Source of the DNA: a virus
Lineage: Duplodnaviria > Heunggongvirae > Uroviricota > Caudoviricetes
Virus record (IMG/VR): IMGVR_UViG_3300045988_009603
DNA length: 64,000 nucleotides
Direction: 5' to 3' (one strand)
Part shown: piece after piece, positions 18,467 through 29,109 of the stretch
Layout of the letters: each line of letters begins with the position of its first letter
How positions within the stretch are numbered: position 1 is the first letter of the stretch
The notes under the pieces: generated by a model
Told to the model about the DNA's origin: nothing
Database searches by the model: none
Seen by the model: only the letters and a program-made list of their open reading frames with translations
Program-made: the position numbers and the translations under genes

Positions 18467-18701
18467 TATTCACCTCTGCCATGAAATTCTGTAGCGTTCC
18501 AACAGGTTTTAGGTTTTGACCGTCAGTTTTCATGATGAATGGCATCTGACGAACTGGCATCTGTGCAATATCCATCAGGTCTGACAGCTCATAATCCTGC
18601 CCTAACATTCTCACAACATGGTCAATACCACGAGCTTTCGCAAAATTCTTTGCAGTCTCACACTGAGGGCATCCAGTTTTGGAGTAAATTACATAAGTCA
18701 T
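18459..18701 (-). CDS. glutaredoxin/NrdH-like redoxin
   Basis: Active-site CPQC near N-terminus; 80 aa; adjacent to nrdB. Confidence 0.6.
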   Translation of the reverse strand: MTYVIYSKTGCPQCETAKNFAKARGIDHVVRMLGQDYELSDLMDIAQMPVRQMPFIMKTDGQNLKPVGTLQNFMAEVNNA

Positions 18702-19774
18702 TAAGGAACCTCTAAAAATCCACTATTCAAATCATCTACAACAGTATTCAATAGATACGCACCGTTCTGTTGCTCCTGATTAGCATTCTGCTCTTTATCA
18801 ATTTCCATCTTCTTAATCATATACTTCAAAGGTGGTTCTTTAGGAGCTACAAAATCTCTAGGAATGCCAAACATATCATACAGTGGGGCAGCATTATAGT
18901 AAACCCACTCATGAAGAAGCTTTGTATTTAACCCAACTACAGCACGTCCTTCGGAGAAGATATAATACGACCATTTCTCTTCACTTTCAACTACTTCATC
19001 TAAGATTACTTTAATCTCTGGAAGAATTTGTTGGAAAGCTTTTTGCCACTCATCATCTCTTAAAGTTTCTTTTAAAACTTCAATATCAATTTTAGTGTGA
19101 AGGATTTCGTCAAGCATAATTTTCTGGACAGCTTGAGCAATACCTTGAAATTTATCTTGAGCATCAAGTGCAAAAGTACATGCAAAGGATGCCATAAAAG
19201 AAATGCCTTCAAGTGCAGTCACTGCAAATAGACCTTTTAGAATCACTTTATGGAAGTGCAAAGGGTCTTTGTCCAGAAGTGAGTCACGGACATAGCTTAG
19301 CCGATAGTTTATACCTTCATCTAGTAATTCTTCAAGAACACGATTCACAGTTTTTAATCGGTCTTGTACAGCAATATTCTGGTTAATCTCATCTAAGATT
19401 GTTTCAGGATTTTTAATACATTGTCTTACAATCTCCGAGTAAGTAAGAGCATGTAGGTTTTCAATCTCAGACTGCTTCATAATTGAAGTTGCATAAATGT
19501 CATCAGAGATAAATGGTGCAAAGGCAAATGCTAAGCTCTTAGCAACTTGGGTGTCTGCTTCCCACTGCCACTTAAGAATCTCAAGCATTACACCTGACAT
19601 TGATGCTGGCACACTCTCAAAATCAAGACGTGATTGCTCAAAAGGGAACTCATCTTCTGACCAATCTTGTGCTTTTTGTTGTTTATAGAGTTCAAAGATT
19701 TTTGGGTAGTGCTTATTAAGTGAGTCAAATGTTTTTCTCTCACCACCTAAAAAGATTGGGTGTTGGTTAATCAT
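18701..19774 (-). CDS. nrdB: ribonucleotide reductase small subunit
   Basis: Start set at MINQHPIFLGG (AAGGAG RBS; ATGA overlap with upstream stop); typical R2 length. Confidence 0.75.
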   Translation of the reverse strand: MINQHPIFLGGERKTFDSLNKHYPKIFELYKQQKAQDWSEDEFPFEQSRLDFESVPASMSGVMLEILKWQWEADTQVAKSLAFAFAPFISDDIYATSIMKQSEIENLHALTYSEIVRQCIKNPETILDEINQNIAVQDRLKTVNRVLEELLDEGINYRLSYVRDSLLDKDPLHFHKVILKGLFAVTALEGISFMASFACTFALDAQDKFQGIAQAVQKIMLDEILHTKIDIEVLKETLRDDEWQKAFQQILPEIKVILDEVVESEEKWSYYIFSEGRAVVGLNTKLLHEWVYYNAAPLYDMFGIPRDFVAPKEPPLKYMIKKMEIDKEQNANQEQQNGAYLLNTVVDDLNSGFLEVP

Positions 19775-20028
19775 AGTGTGATTTCTCCTTTCTTTATCAT
19801 CTCTAAGGCTTGTTTTCTGTCTAAAACTTCCCAATTTTCTTTGTTAAACATGTCATAAGGTCTTGCATAGATTTTACCATCTGCTGTAGAGATGTAAGAG
19901 ACACCAGCGACCCATGAGTCATCATTTTGTTTTATCATCATATCTGTGCTACTCACATAGTACAGCGTTTTCCGAGGTTTGTGGAGCAAATATATGGGCC
20001 ACTCGTGATTTGCTATTAAATCTTTCAT
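19771..20028 (-). CDS. hypothetical protein between nrdA and nrdB
   Basis: GGAGAA RBS before MKDLIANHEWP; trimmed from tracked 19771..20112. Confidence 0.35.
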   Translation of the reverse strand: MKDLIANHEWPIYLLHKPRKTLYYVSSTDMMIKQNDDSWVAGVSYISTADGKIYARPYDMFNKENWEVLDRKQALEMIKKGEITL

Positions 20029-20083
20029 AGTTTCTCCAAAGTTAATTTTAGAGGGTCTTTTACGACCCTCATAGTTATTAAAA

Positions 20084-22318
20084 CTAAACACCACAACCCT
20101 CGCAATAAGCATCTTGCAGTGCAGATTTACCTACACCAATGCGACTGTTAAGGTAGTACATGGTTTTCATACCTACTGAGTTGGCATAAATCATGTACTT
20201 CAAAGCCTGAGCCAATGATACCTTCTTAGACTTTGCGTAGTCAACATAGAAGTCTGAAGAGATAGCTTGACCAGTGAACTTTTGAACAATTGCATAACAA
20301 TCAATCAGGTCAAAGGTGTCAATACCCCAAGCAATTTCATAGACATACTTCAACTCTTCATAATCTGGAACAATAAACAGTACGTTACCAGTTGCAGACT
20401 TTTTAGTTAAAATAAAGTCACGAATTGGATACAAGCCATTTGTCGTATTAGTTGCCAGTGAAGAACTCTCATTAGGCATGTAAGCCTCTAATACAGAGTT
20501 ACGGATTCCACCGTTTTCTTTAATACGTTGTGCTAAGTCATCCCAATCATAACGAAGTTTTGCATCATGCTTCTCATCAATCTTCTTGTTAGCTGTCTTC
20601 GGAGGAACCCAACCTTCAGGGTATTTAGTGAACTGCATATACTCAGGCACACCACGTTCTTTAGCAAGTCTTAAAGAAGCTTCGTGTAAGTAGTAAGAGT
20701 GCATTTCAGCAAGCTCATGAAGCTTTGTCTTACCCGCTCTTGAAGAATAGTTCACGTAGTTTTTCGCAAGGTAATGAGCCACATTTGTAAGGCCAATCCC
20801 AACAGAACGACGCTTCTGAACATGGTTACGCATCGACGGATACGGATAATCCATAAGGTCAATAACGGAGTCAACCATTGCAAGAGCATAATAAGCAACG
20901 TCAGCGTATTCATCTTCTGAAATTCTCCCTGCAACCAAACTAGCTAGGAAGCAAAGAGCTACCTCACCATCCTCTTTCACAGCGTCATCTCTGTAAAGGT
21001 CTGTCTCTTTCTCAAAGCCGTACACTGGCAACACAATTTCCATACAAAGGTTTGACATCTTCAAAGGCTCTTTAAATGGTGTATGTGTGTTTGCATTATT
21101 TGTGAAGAATGGATACACACGGCCTGTTGCATAACGCTGCTGGATAAACAGTTTAGCAATTTCACGAGCCTTCACACGTCTGTGTTTGACACCTGAATGT
21201 ACTGCATGACCAACTGCCATAGCAAACTCATCAGCAGATGCTGTGTAGAACATGTCATAGAGCTTTGGTGCATCCTTGTAAGAGAATAACAACCAGTCTG
21301 TATCATATTGAACACACTGCCAGAAGTAATCATTTGTACCAAATGAGTAGTCCATCTCGTTAATACGTTTCGAAGGAACCGTTGTAGGGTGCTTCAAACG
21401 CAGTAAATCTTCAATCTGTGGGTCTAGAGCAGTGTAGAAGTTGTTAGCTGAACCACCACGACTCTTCTGTTTGTTTGCCTCTACAGATGAGCGTACAAGC
21501 TTGTAATAAGGCAGTTTACCCATGTGCTCAATAGTATTTTGACGGATACCATCACCAATAGTACGAGTCTCCATCAGCATCCCAATGCCAGCTTGCTTTG
21601 TAGTCATATCATAAGCAACCTTTGCAGCAATACCGAGAGATTCAGCGGTATCATTCGCCTTAATCAAACAGCACGACGCATAACCTGATTTAGTAGCTCT
21701 TAAACCATTCAGATAAGGCGTAGGAGCGTTAATCTTCAGGTCAGATAGGTAAGTGTACAGCTTAATCACATCTTGCAGCCTACGGTGCTTTGGTTGCTTC
21801 TCAAAGGCTTTCATAGCCATACCCATAAACATAAATTGTGGTGACTCAAAAAGTCTTCCTGTTTTAATATCACGGATACCATACTTGTCTCTGAACTGTT
21901 TCAGGACTGCATAACCGTAAGAGATATCCTTTGAGTGCACAATGTACCCTTGCAGATATTCAAGCTCTTCCTGAGAATAGTCCATCTTCTCCCAAAGTCC
22001 TGCTCTCTCCATATTTTTAACGAAGGTAACCAGCGTAGGAACCTTAGTAAAGCCTCCAAAGGCTTCTTTGTAGATAATTCCCAGAAGTAGCCGTCCAGCC
22101 ATGTCTGAGTACTCTTGAGTTTGTTTATCAACACAAACATCAATCATGGCTTGGTGCATCTCTTTTGTAGTGCAACCTTCATAGACACGTTTCATAGCTT
22201 CCATAGTGACTTCTGACCAGATAATCCCACGCTTATCTGCCCATGATGCCCACTTATTCAATCTTTCTGGGTCAAAGCTTACTACTGTACCATTTGATTT
22301 TTTAATTGTCTTAATCAT
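20084..22318 (-). CDS. nrdA: ribonucleotide reductase large subunit
   Basis: 744 aa; C-terminal CEGCGV tail typical of class I R1; start within the N-terminal ATP-cone region. Confidence 0.8.
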   Translation of the reverse strand: MIKTIKKSNGTVVSFDPERLNKWASWADKRGIIWSEVTMEAMKRVYEGCTTKEMHQAMIDVCVDKQTQEYSDMAGRLLLGIIYKEAFGGFTKVPTLVTFVKNMERAGLWEKMDYSQEELEYLQGYIVHSKDISYGYAVLKQFRDKYGIRDIKTGRLFESPQFMFMGMAMKAFEKQPKHRRLQDVIKLYTYLSDLKINAPTPYLNGLRATKSGYASCCLIKANDTAESLGIAAKVAYDMTTKQAGIGMLMETRTIGDGIRQNTIEHMGKLPYYKLVRSSVEANKQKSRGGSANNFYTALDPQIEDLLRLKHPTTVPSKRINEMDYSFGTNDYFWQCVQYDTDWLLFSYKDAPKLYDMFYTASADEFAMAVGHAVHSGVKHRRVKAREIAKLFIQQRYATGRVYPFFTNNANTHTPFKEPLKMSNLCMEIVLPVYGFEKETDLYRDDAVKEDGEVALCFLASLVAGRISEDEYADVAYYALAMVDSVIDLMDYPYPSMRNHVQKRRSVGIGLTNVAHYLAKNYVNYSSRAGKTKLHELAEMHSYYLHEASLRLAKERGVPEYMQFTKYPEGWVPPKTANKKIDEKHDAKLRYDWDDLAQRIKENGGIRNSVLEAYMPNESSSLATNTTNGLYPIRDFILTKKSATGNVLFIVPDYEELKYVYEIAWGIDTFDLIDCYAIVQKFTGQAISSDFYVDYAKSKKVSLAQALKYMIYANSVGMKTMYYLNSRIGVGKSALQDAYCEGCGV

Positions 22319-22336
22319 TTTTGAATCCTACAGATG

Positions 22337-22358
22337 AAAAGAGCCTCCGAAGAGGCTC
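22337..22358 (-). terminator. intrinsic terminator (GAGCCTC-CGAA-GAGGCTC)
   Basis: 7 bp stem, tetraloop, U-run on minus strand. Confidence 0.5.
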
Positions 22359-22364
22359 CCTAGT

Positions 22365-22703
22365 TTAAATCTTGAAAATTTGCTCATTCTGCCACATATC
22401 GTAAAACTTATCACTTACTTTTGTGACTGAAGAAGTGTGCATACAATTCAGGGAGAACCATGATGATGTATTATCATCCATAATTGTTTCAAGTTTTTGT
22501 GTAACGTTCACATCCATGTCTGCAACAACGTAATTACCTCGCATCTTGCAAACAATTCTTCCAAACAAGATTGCACTTCTGCCTCTTCGGTCATCACAGT
22601 ACATAACTGTGTCTCCGTGCTTAACGTCTTGTCCGATACTGTCAACACCTAACTTAGCACCTGAGATAATGTCATCATAAGATAACTTTTTTGCTTTAGA
22701 CAC
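22365..22703 (-). CDS. hypothetical protein
   Basis: 112 aa ORF. Confidence 0.35.
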   Translation of the reverse strand: MSKAKKLSYDDIISGAKLGVDSIGQDVKHGDTVMYCDDRRGRSAILFGRIVCKMRGNYVVADMDVNVTQKLETIMDDNTSSWFSLNCMHTSSVTKVSDKFYDMWQNEQIFKI

Positions 22704-23028
22704 GGTATTTCTCCAAGTTTCTTTTTAGATATAACCAACCATAGTCAGTTCTTTCTACACCCATGAAGAGTGGAGCCATTACAACTTTACCAAAAGTATT
22801 TCTGTGTAGGCAGATTTCAAAGGAATACTCTTTCTCAATATCAATCCCATATTTGTACAGGACTGCTTTTAAAACTTGTTCATTATCCAGAAGTGTATCT
22901 GGAGTCTCACCATACTTCTCAAGTAACGGGTCATTCATAAACACCGTCATCGAAATATTGTAGTTTGAGAAGTGGCTCTTCTGAGCCACAACCTCTTTAT
23001 TAATGTTCTGTGAATCCATTATAACCAA
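22696..23028 (-). CDS. hypothetical protein
   Basis: 110 aa ORF. Confidence 0.35.
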   Translation of the reverse strand: MVIMDSQNINKEVVAQKSHFSNYNISMTVFMNDPLLEKYGETPDTLLDNEQVLKAVLYKYGIDIEKEYSFEICLHRNTFGKVVMAPLFMGVERTDYGWLYLKRNLEKYRV

Positions 23029-23755
23029 CCCCTTTTAACCAGCACTTCAGGTTATTAGCATCATAATTCAGTTTCGGGTATGAGGTTACATGGAACTGCT
23101 CACCATCATAGTAGACAATATCTGCAATCCATAGTCCATTCTCTTTACAGAAATCTTTATCTGCTTTAGAGGTAATTGGATTAACTTCTACAAAACCATC
23201 TACACCCAAATCCTTTAAGCTACCTACAATACCTTTGCAGATAACGCATGTCTCAGATACTACCACAAAAAGTTCTTGGCTTTCAAGCTCTACAATGTAT
23301 TCACCAAGCTGTACTTTAGGGAGATTTGATTGCTTCATAATCTTCCCATCGGCTGCACGGACAATCGCATACCACTCTTTACCATCAACCACTGACATTC
23401 TGATGATACACTCTTGACCAGTACGCTTCTCAATATCTGCAAGACGTTTTAAAGCTTCTTCATAGTCATCTGTGTACTTCAGGTCATTATTATGACAAAC
23501 AGCTTTCATCGCACCGTTATGGTCATGTTGTGACAGGTAAATCAAACCGTCAAGAACATATTGCAAATCTGCCTGAGCATCCAATGTCTCAATTGGGTCT
23601 TTCTCTTCAATTGCTTTCACAAGCTCTTTTGCTTCTTCAAGCATACATAAAGATTGAGACTTTAAAGATTCCCAATACTCATCACTGTAAGGTTGCTTTT
23701 GAGTGTTCCCACAACGAAGGTTCCAGTTTTTTACTGATTCTCTTGAGTTAAACAT
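23000..23755 (-). CDS. hypothetical protein, possible MazG-like nucleotide pyrophosphohydrolase N-terminal domain
   Basis: Acidic helical motif EEAKELVKAIEEKD...LDAQADLQYVLDGL; weak. Confidence 0.25.
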   Translation of the reverse strand: MFNSRESVKNWNLRCGNTQKQPYSDEYWESLKSQSLCMLEEAKELVKAIEEKDPIETLDAQADLQYVLDGLIYLSQHDHNGAMKAVCHNNDLKYTDDYEEALKRLADIEKRTGQECIIRMSVVDGKEWYAIVRAADGKIMKQSNLPKVQLGEYIVELESQELFVVVSETCVICKGIVGSLKDLGVDGFVEVNPITSKADKDFCKENGLWIADIVYYDGEQFHVTSYPKLNYDANNLKCWLKGVGYNGFTEH

Positions 23756-23994
23756 TCGGACTCCTTAAAATATTTGTTAACCTTTATCTCTCGTGTTTCA
23801 ATATATTCCAGATGCTCACGTAGCTCTTGACGTTTAAGCATTAGGTGCTGCATTTGAGATTCAACAGCTTCAACCTCTTTAATTATTGACTCTCTGGCAT
23901 TTGCAAGAATGCGCTCAAGTTCTTCAATCTTACTGTCAACTTTTGCTACATGACTCACAGCTTTACTTTTGTTAAACATTTTATTCTCTCTCAA
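23731..23994 (-). CDS. hypothetical coiled-coil protein
   Basis: 87 aa, heptad-like charged sequence. Confidence 0.3.
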   Translation of the reverse strand: MRENKMFNKSKAVSHVAKVDSKIEELERILANARESIIKEVEAVESQMQHLMLKRQELREHLEYIETREIKVNKYFKESECLTQENQ

Positions 23995-24000
23995 TAGTTA

Positions 24001-24498
24001 TCAAGCACAGTTTGCTTTCATTACCTTATGGATTCTTTTTTCAGCATCTTCATAAGTTTCTTTAGTAATAAACTTAATTGCTGCAATATTGGCATTGTAG
24101 AAGAGTCTGAGCTTAGAGTCAATCCTTTTTGTCATTACATCGAATTTATGTTGGAGGTTTGCTTCACCATAAACTAGGCCACCTTTCGTGTAGTAGGTTT
24201 GGATAATGTAAAAGTCAAAAAATTCCTTTCCAAAGCTCTCGATATCTTTTTTAATATACTCAGAAGAAGTCTCATAAGTCATCCAATCACTCTCCTTAGT
24301 GACTACCTTCTTCCGAGTCTTGCCAGCAACTTTTCTTTTGGTCACACTATTAAGCTGTTTCTTTCCTATGTAATATTGTCCGGTTTTCTTACAGTGTACT
24401 AAATAGACAAAACCAAAATGTTTAGTGGGGTCAACTTCCCCACATAAAGATACCCAATGACCATAGGTGGGACAATTGCCAAATCCTTTAATCTTCAT
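24001..24498 (-). CDS. GIY-YIG family endonuclease (free-standing)
   Basis: N-terminal FGFVYLVHCKKTGQYYIGKK matches GIY-(10-11)-YIG. Confidence 0.5.
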   Translation of the reverse strand: MKIKGFGNCPTYGHWVSLCGEVDPTKHFGFVYLVHCKKTGQYYIGKKQLNSVTKRKVAGKTRKKVVTKESDWMTYETSSEYIKKDIESFGKEFFDFYIIQTYYTKGGLVYGEANLQHKFDVMTKRIDSKLRLFYNANIAAIKFITKETYEDAEKRIHKVMKANCA

Positions 24499-25528
24499 TC
24501 ATACACGGCTCCCAATTATATTTCTTAAAAGAGAAATTATCTTTTGGATTTCTCTCTTGATATGCTACCCAGAAATGCTGCTCCATTAACTCTAACGGTG
24601 TCTTTGTAACAGTTTGTCCATCCCATGACACATAGGTATAAGACTCTTTTTTAGCATAGAGTTCATAGATAGCGTCAAGACACTCTTTATAGGTCTCTTT
24701 ACCATCTAAAGCATTCATCACAGCTACTTTTCCAGCACCTTTAAGTCCGAAGTAGTTGTCTGCATTATCCCCAGCAACAGCCTGATAACACAAGAATTTA
24801 AAACCTACACCAACTGTTTTTGCAGCTTTTGGTTTTGATTTGATAGGGCAATCCCAGATATCACCAACATTATTGTCAGCAATAAAAATTAGTGGTGACT
24901 TTTCATAAGTCATGTCAATACAATAAGTCCCTTCAGCTTGTCGAAGGTCTTTGTCAATACTCATAAGAGCAGCCTTTTTACCCATCTTCTCAGCTTTAGC
25001 AATTACGATTGAATCAGCTTCGAATCCACCCTTTAAGAGTTTGAACTCTGGTCTGGATAAAAGATATTCACGACAAGCGACTAAATGTGTTGGTGTGACA
25101 GCATCTTTACGGTTACCTTGATATTGGTGCTCAAGACCTTTAATGTCTTTATGTTTATGTACACCCTTCTCTGTTAAATAACCTAACCAAGTTCTTTCTT
25201 TACCAACAACCTTAAGCCATTCCTGAAGAACCTGCTGAGTAGCCATGATAGCTTCTTTTTCACTCTTAGCTTCTTTCCAAGTCTGTCTTTCCCATTCATC
25301 TTCATCAAATGTTAGGCCAAGCTCTTCTACAAGGATTCTCTGGTCTGCTAACCATCTTGCAGCATCTTTTGCATTATCAAATGGTTCAGATTCTTCTGCT
25401 GTGAGTTTATTGACGTATTTATATTTTGCTTTCTCAACTACACAAGCACCTTTATAGGCAATACTGTCAGAGTCAATAAAGACATGTGTAACTGAATCGG
25501 GAAGTTTTGTTAGTGTATACTTCTCCAT
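24488..25528 (-). CDS. 5'-3' exonuclease / RNase H (FEN family)
   Basis: GFEADSIVIA resembles the G(Y/F)EADD(I/V)IA motif; acidic N-terminal VFIDSDSIAY. Confidence 0.5.
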   Translation of the reverse strand: MEKYTLTKLPDSVTHVFIDSDSIAYKGACVVEKAKYKYVNKLTAEESEPFDNAKDAARWLADQRILVEELGLTFDEDEWERQTWKEAKSEKEAIMATQQVLQEWLKVVGKERTWLGYLTEKGVHKHKDIKGLEHQYQGNRKDAVTPTHLVACREYLLSRPEFKLLKGGFEADSIVIAKAEKMGKKAALMSIDKDLRQAEGTYCIDMTYEKSPLIFIADNNVGDIWDCPIKSKPKAAKTVGVGFKFLCYQAVAGDNADNYFGLKGAGKVAVMNALDGKETYKECLDAIYELYAKKESYTYVSWDGQTVTKTPLELMEQHFWVAYQERNPKDNFSFKKYNWEPCMNED

Positions 25529-25590
25529 TATGACTCTCCATATGAAAAAGCCCCATACTAAGTACAGGGCTTCAAAGTAACTTTTAGAGA

Positions 25591-26448
25591 TTAGTCTTCT
25601 GTATCGAAGTCTTCATCTTCTTCGTCATCTGGGTCTGGCAAGTCTTCATCATCGCCATCATCAGAGTGATTCGAAGGTTTGTGGTCTGTTGCGTCTTCTT
25701 CAGTGATTTCACCGTTATCTTCAACACCATCAAGACCAAGCATAGCCAGTTCGTCTTCATCCAGCTCAGGTTCACCGTTAGCACCGTTACCACCAGTGTA
25801 AGGTACAAGAGTATCAATGATAAACTGTTCCTGAATAGGTTTTGTCAGAACATTGTTCTCAAAAGTGTAGAAGTGAGTAGAAAGAATCACACTACCAAAA
25901 GAACCGTTACCAACTGCAATATCTGGATGAATCACATCATAGTTCTTGTCATCTTCATGTTTATCAGATGCTTGAGCTTTGATTTTCTTCATCGGCTGCT
26001 TAACAGCTACACGCTTACCATTTACTTCTTCAATCAGCATTACAGGGAATGACTGTTTAGCTGTCCACACAGCACCATCTTTATAAGCTGCTGCACGACT
26101 TACTTTCAGGATGTAGTAAGTGTCTGCTTCAAATGGTGGTTTACAACCAAACTTCTCTTCGAAGTCATCTGCATCAACTGCTTCAGTAGTAACTTTATCC
26201 CAACCTTCTGGGTTTTTCTTAGACTTAGTAAACTCTTTAAACAGCTTGTTACCATCTTCTGCCAGAATTGAAACACTGTAGTTGCAGTCTTTGCCTGGGA
26301 ATTTCTTATCAATGGATTTACCTTTTCCCGGACGTGGTGAAGTGTTCAGGTAATAAAACCAAACATCTTTCAGCAGGTAACGCAGAGTTTGACGTTCAGT
26401 ACCGTTGTACTTCTCTACCGGAGCTTTCATTTTAACAACTTTAGACAT
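25591..26448 (-). CDS. putative ssDNA-binding protein
   Basis: 285 aa with extremely acidic C-terminal tail (DDEDLPDPDDEEDEDFDTED); position beside replication genes. Confidence 0.4.
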   Translation of the reverse strand: MSKVVKMKAPVEKYNGTERQTLRYLLKDVWFYYLNTSPRPGKGKSIDKKFPGKDCNYSVSILAEDGNKLFKEFTKSKKNPEGWDKVTTEAVDADDFEEKFGCKPPFEADTYYILKVSRAAAYKDGAVWTAKQSFPVMLIEEVNGKRVAVKQPMKKIKAQASDKHEDDKNYDVIHPDIAVGNGSFGSVILSTHFYTFENNVLTKPIQEQFIIDTLVPYTGGNGANGEPELDEDELAMLGLDGVEDNGEITEEDATDHKPSNHSDDGDDEDLPDPDDEEDEDFDTED

Positions 26449-26520
26449 TATTTAAACCTCTATCTCAATTTATGAAGAGTACCAATTCTAGTTTGTTGAT
26501 ACTCTATTGTCAAATATTAA

Positions 26521-26670
26521 TTACTGGAAGTTGTGCTTATCTTTAGAAGCTGCTTTACGTGCAGTTTTTCCAGTTCTTACACGCTTCTCTTCATAGTATT
26601 TTGCTGGTTTGCCAGCAGTGGCTTTTAAGGAATCCCCAAAAACTTTTTCAAATGCTTTAGAGTGTTTCAT
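26521..26670 (-). CDS. small basic protein
   Basis: 49 aa ORF below track cutoff; GGAGA RBS 5 nt upstream of ATG; Lys/Arg-rich. Confidence 0.25.
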   Translation of the reverse strand: MKHSKAFEKVFGDSLKATAGKPAKYYEEKRVRTGKTARKAASKDKHNFQ

Positions 26671-26922
26671 GATATTCTCCGATATACTTGATATTCAAAC
26701 ACATTTTCTTTTATTACAAACAGCCAACCAATATTATGTTGAGGTATAGTAATAGTGACTGTGATAATGCTGTGATGGAACTTTTCTTCTACCTAAACGC
26801 CTCCATCACATTTCATGTAGAGCATTCTATAGAACCTATCAACCTTTGTCAAACACTCTTCCTGAAATTCATTTAAACTTTTTTCTTCAAAGAAGGGTAT
26901 GAACCCCTCTCTTTTATAACTT

Positions 26923-28914
26923 TCACTCAGTTTCGAACGGGCAGTCATCTGCATCCTCACTTAATACAGGTGGAATCGTTGAGCTTTGACGCTGCTCTTC
27001 AGTATAAACTTCACCAGTCTCACGGTCAAACACTTCATCCTCATAATGAGGTAAAGAGTCATCGTAATGGTCTTCAGCTTCACCAATACCAAACTGCTGG
27101 CGAATATTTTCTGCTGCACCGTCAATATCAACACCACATCCAGAAGCTTTGATAAGACGTCCTGTATCTGGATTGTACCAAGTATGACCAGCAATACCTG
27201 TTGACTTACCATGACGACGACACTTAGTTAACTTGATTTTTGTCAAGTTTTTCTTAACAGGGTCTGGGTCAACCTTGTTACGCATTAACAGAATGTTGTT
27301 CATAGAAATCTGGAAATACGCACCAGAACCTTTAATATCCTCTTCAGAGATATCTCCACCTTCAGAGTTGGCTTTCTGACCACCTGCACTCTTACGAACG
27401 TGACATACGTTTACCTGTGCATACTGGTAGCGTTTGCAACGACGCAATAGCTCAGACAAAACTTCCTCTTCATCCGTATCTGAACGTGACAGAGCCAACG
27501 TAATAGGGTCAAGAATAATAATCTTGCAATCTAAGCTGTTAACAAGATAGTCAACAAACTCCAGCAAATTATCTTGGTCAATTGCCCCTTGATGGTCTAC
27601 GATATGGATACGACGACCTTTAGATAGCTCTGCGTGTGCTCCCTTTAGTTCATCCCAATCCCGTTCATCATAAGGAATCTCAGAAATCTGCTTGCTCAGG
27701 TGGATTGCACAGAGCATTTCCATAAGTTCTTCGTAAGTATCTTCTACAGGAATTACACCGATATTATAATCAGTTTCTTTCCAAGCTGAATAAATCATCT
27801 CACGAGTGTAAGCTGACTTACCTACTGAAGATGGTGCTGCAATAGTTGTAATCTCACCTAAACCATAACCACCATAAGTCAGCCTGTTCAAATCTCCGAA
27901 AGACTCTGGGAAAGGAATCAATGGAATCTGACCACGATTCTTCATCGCCTCAAAACCATCTGCAAAGTTCTTGATACCAGCAGGGCAGTAACGAGGTGCG
28001 TTGTAGATACGCTGTTTAAATCCTTCCAGAACTGTGTCTTTCTCTTTATAGAACTTTGTCCACCATTCATTAAGGTCTTTTACACCTTCTGGATACTGGA
28101 ATAAACGAACCTTCTCAATAGGTAGGATGCCAGCGGCCTCTTTGGTAGCTTTAGCACCTGCTTCATCGTTATCAAAGCACAAGTAAATCTCATCAAATGA
28201 TGTGATGTACTGATAGTTGTCTTTGATAGACTTAATGTTTGCACCTGATGGAACAGATACGTGACAGTAATTCTTACGACGAGACTTATCTTTAATTGCC
28301 AGAGAAGTCATGTAGATTGCTGTAGCACATTCCATCTCACCTTCCCAGATGAATAAACGGTTACCACCTTCTGGAGCAATCCATGAACCGAACATTGCCA
28401 GTTCACCTTTAATATCCCCAACACCACCTGAAAAGTCTTTTAGCTTACCACGTAGGTGTTCTTTTGGATGGTCTTCTGGGTAACGGTGACGAACACGGTA
28501 ACCAACATGTTCTAGTTTGCCATCTTCATTACGTTTGTAAGTTGGATAGAAATGTGCATCAATTTCACCATCACTATCAATGTCAACCTTGATACCTAAA
28601 CGTTCAAGGACTTTTGCAGGGATTTTCCTGTCTTTCAAGTCCATTGCTTCTAGGTTTTCTTTTACATCATCTAAATCCATTCCACGGAAAGTACGGTTTT
28701 TATTATCTGAACCAGTAGAATAAGTGCTCACGATTTGTCCTTTATCAAAATCCCACTCTGGGAAACCTTTGTTACAGCTAAAGCAAGTCATCGAATAAGA
28801 ATCATCGTCATGATGGTAGATTGAACCAGCATCTGATGAACCACAACGTGGACATGCACAATGACCAACAAACTGACCAGCCTCTTTCAATTTACGACCT
28901 TTAGACATTAGCAC
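26923..28914 (-). CDS. DNA primase/helicase (zinc-ribbon primase plus DnaB-like helicase)
   Basis: N-terminal CPRCGS...CFSCNKG zinc ribbon; Walker A GLGEITTIAAPSSVGKSAYT; 663 aa. Confidence 0.75.
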   Translation of the reverse strand: MLMSKGRKLKEAGQFVGHCACPRCGSSDAGSIYHHDDDSYSMTCFSCNKGFPEWDFDKGQIVSTYSTGSDNKNRTFRGMDLDDVKENLEAMDLKDRKIPAKVLERLGIKVDIDSDGEIDAHFYPTYKRNEDGKLEHVGYRVRHRYPEDHPKEHLRGKLKDFSGGVGDIKGELAMFGSWIAPEGGNRLFIWEGEMECATAIYMTSLAIKDKSRRKNYCHVSVPSGANIKSIKDNYQYITSFDEIYLCFDNDEAGAKATKEAAGILPIEKVRLFQYPEGVKDLNEWWTKFYKEKDTVLEGFKQRIYNAPRYCPAGIKNFADGFEAMKNRGQIPLIPFPESFGDLNRLTYGGYGLGEITTIAAPSSVGKSAYTREMIYSAWKETDYNIGVIPVEDTYEELMEMLCAIHLSKQISEIPYDERDWDELKGAHAELSKGRRIHIVDHQGAIDQDNLLEFVDYLVNSLDCKIIILDPITLALSRSDTDEEEVLSELLRRCKRYQYAQVNVCHVRKSAGGQKANSEGGDISEEDIKGSGAYFQISMNNILLMRNKVDPDPVKKNLTKIKLTKCRRHGKSTGIAGHTWYNPDTGRLIKASGCGVDIDGAAENIRQQFGIGEAEDHYDDSLPHYEDEVFDRETGEVYTEEQRQSSTIPPVLSEDADDCPFETE

Positions 28915-29101
28915 CTCTTCGTTGTAGTTCTGCCTTCAATCCGTTTTCAATCTTGTCCAGTTCATGAATTTCATCTGCAATCTCTTTCCTTCGTGATTCA
29001 ACTCTCTTAAGACGTTCAATCATTACCTCATTGGAAAGAGATGAGAGTTCCACTAAACGATGGTCAATAACTTTAAAATTATCTTTTACTCTCATCTTCA
29101 T
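28901..29101 (-). CDS. hypothetical protein
   Basis: 66 aa, charged/helical. Confidence 0.3.
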   Translation of the reverse strand: MKMRVKDNFKVIDHRLVELSSLSNEVMIERLKRVESRRKEIADEIHELDKIENGLKAELQRRGANV

Positions 29102-29109
29102 TCTCTCTT

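Noticed and set aside
26688-26876. 62 aa plus-strand ORF in the gap downstream of primase-helicase
   Set aside because: Against local minus-strand polarity, no RBS, AT-rich low-complexity translation; treated as non-coding.
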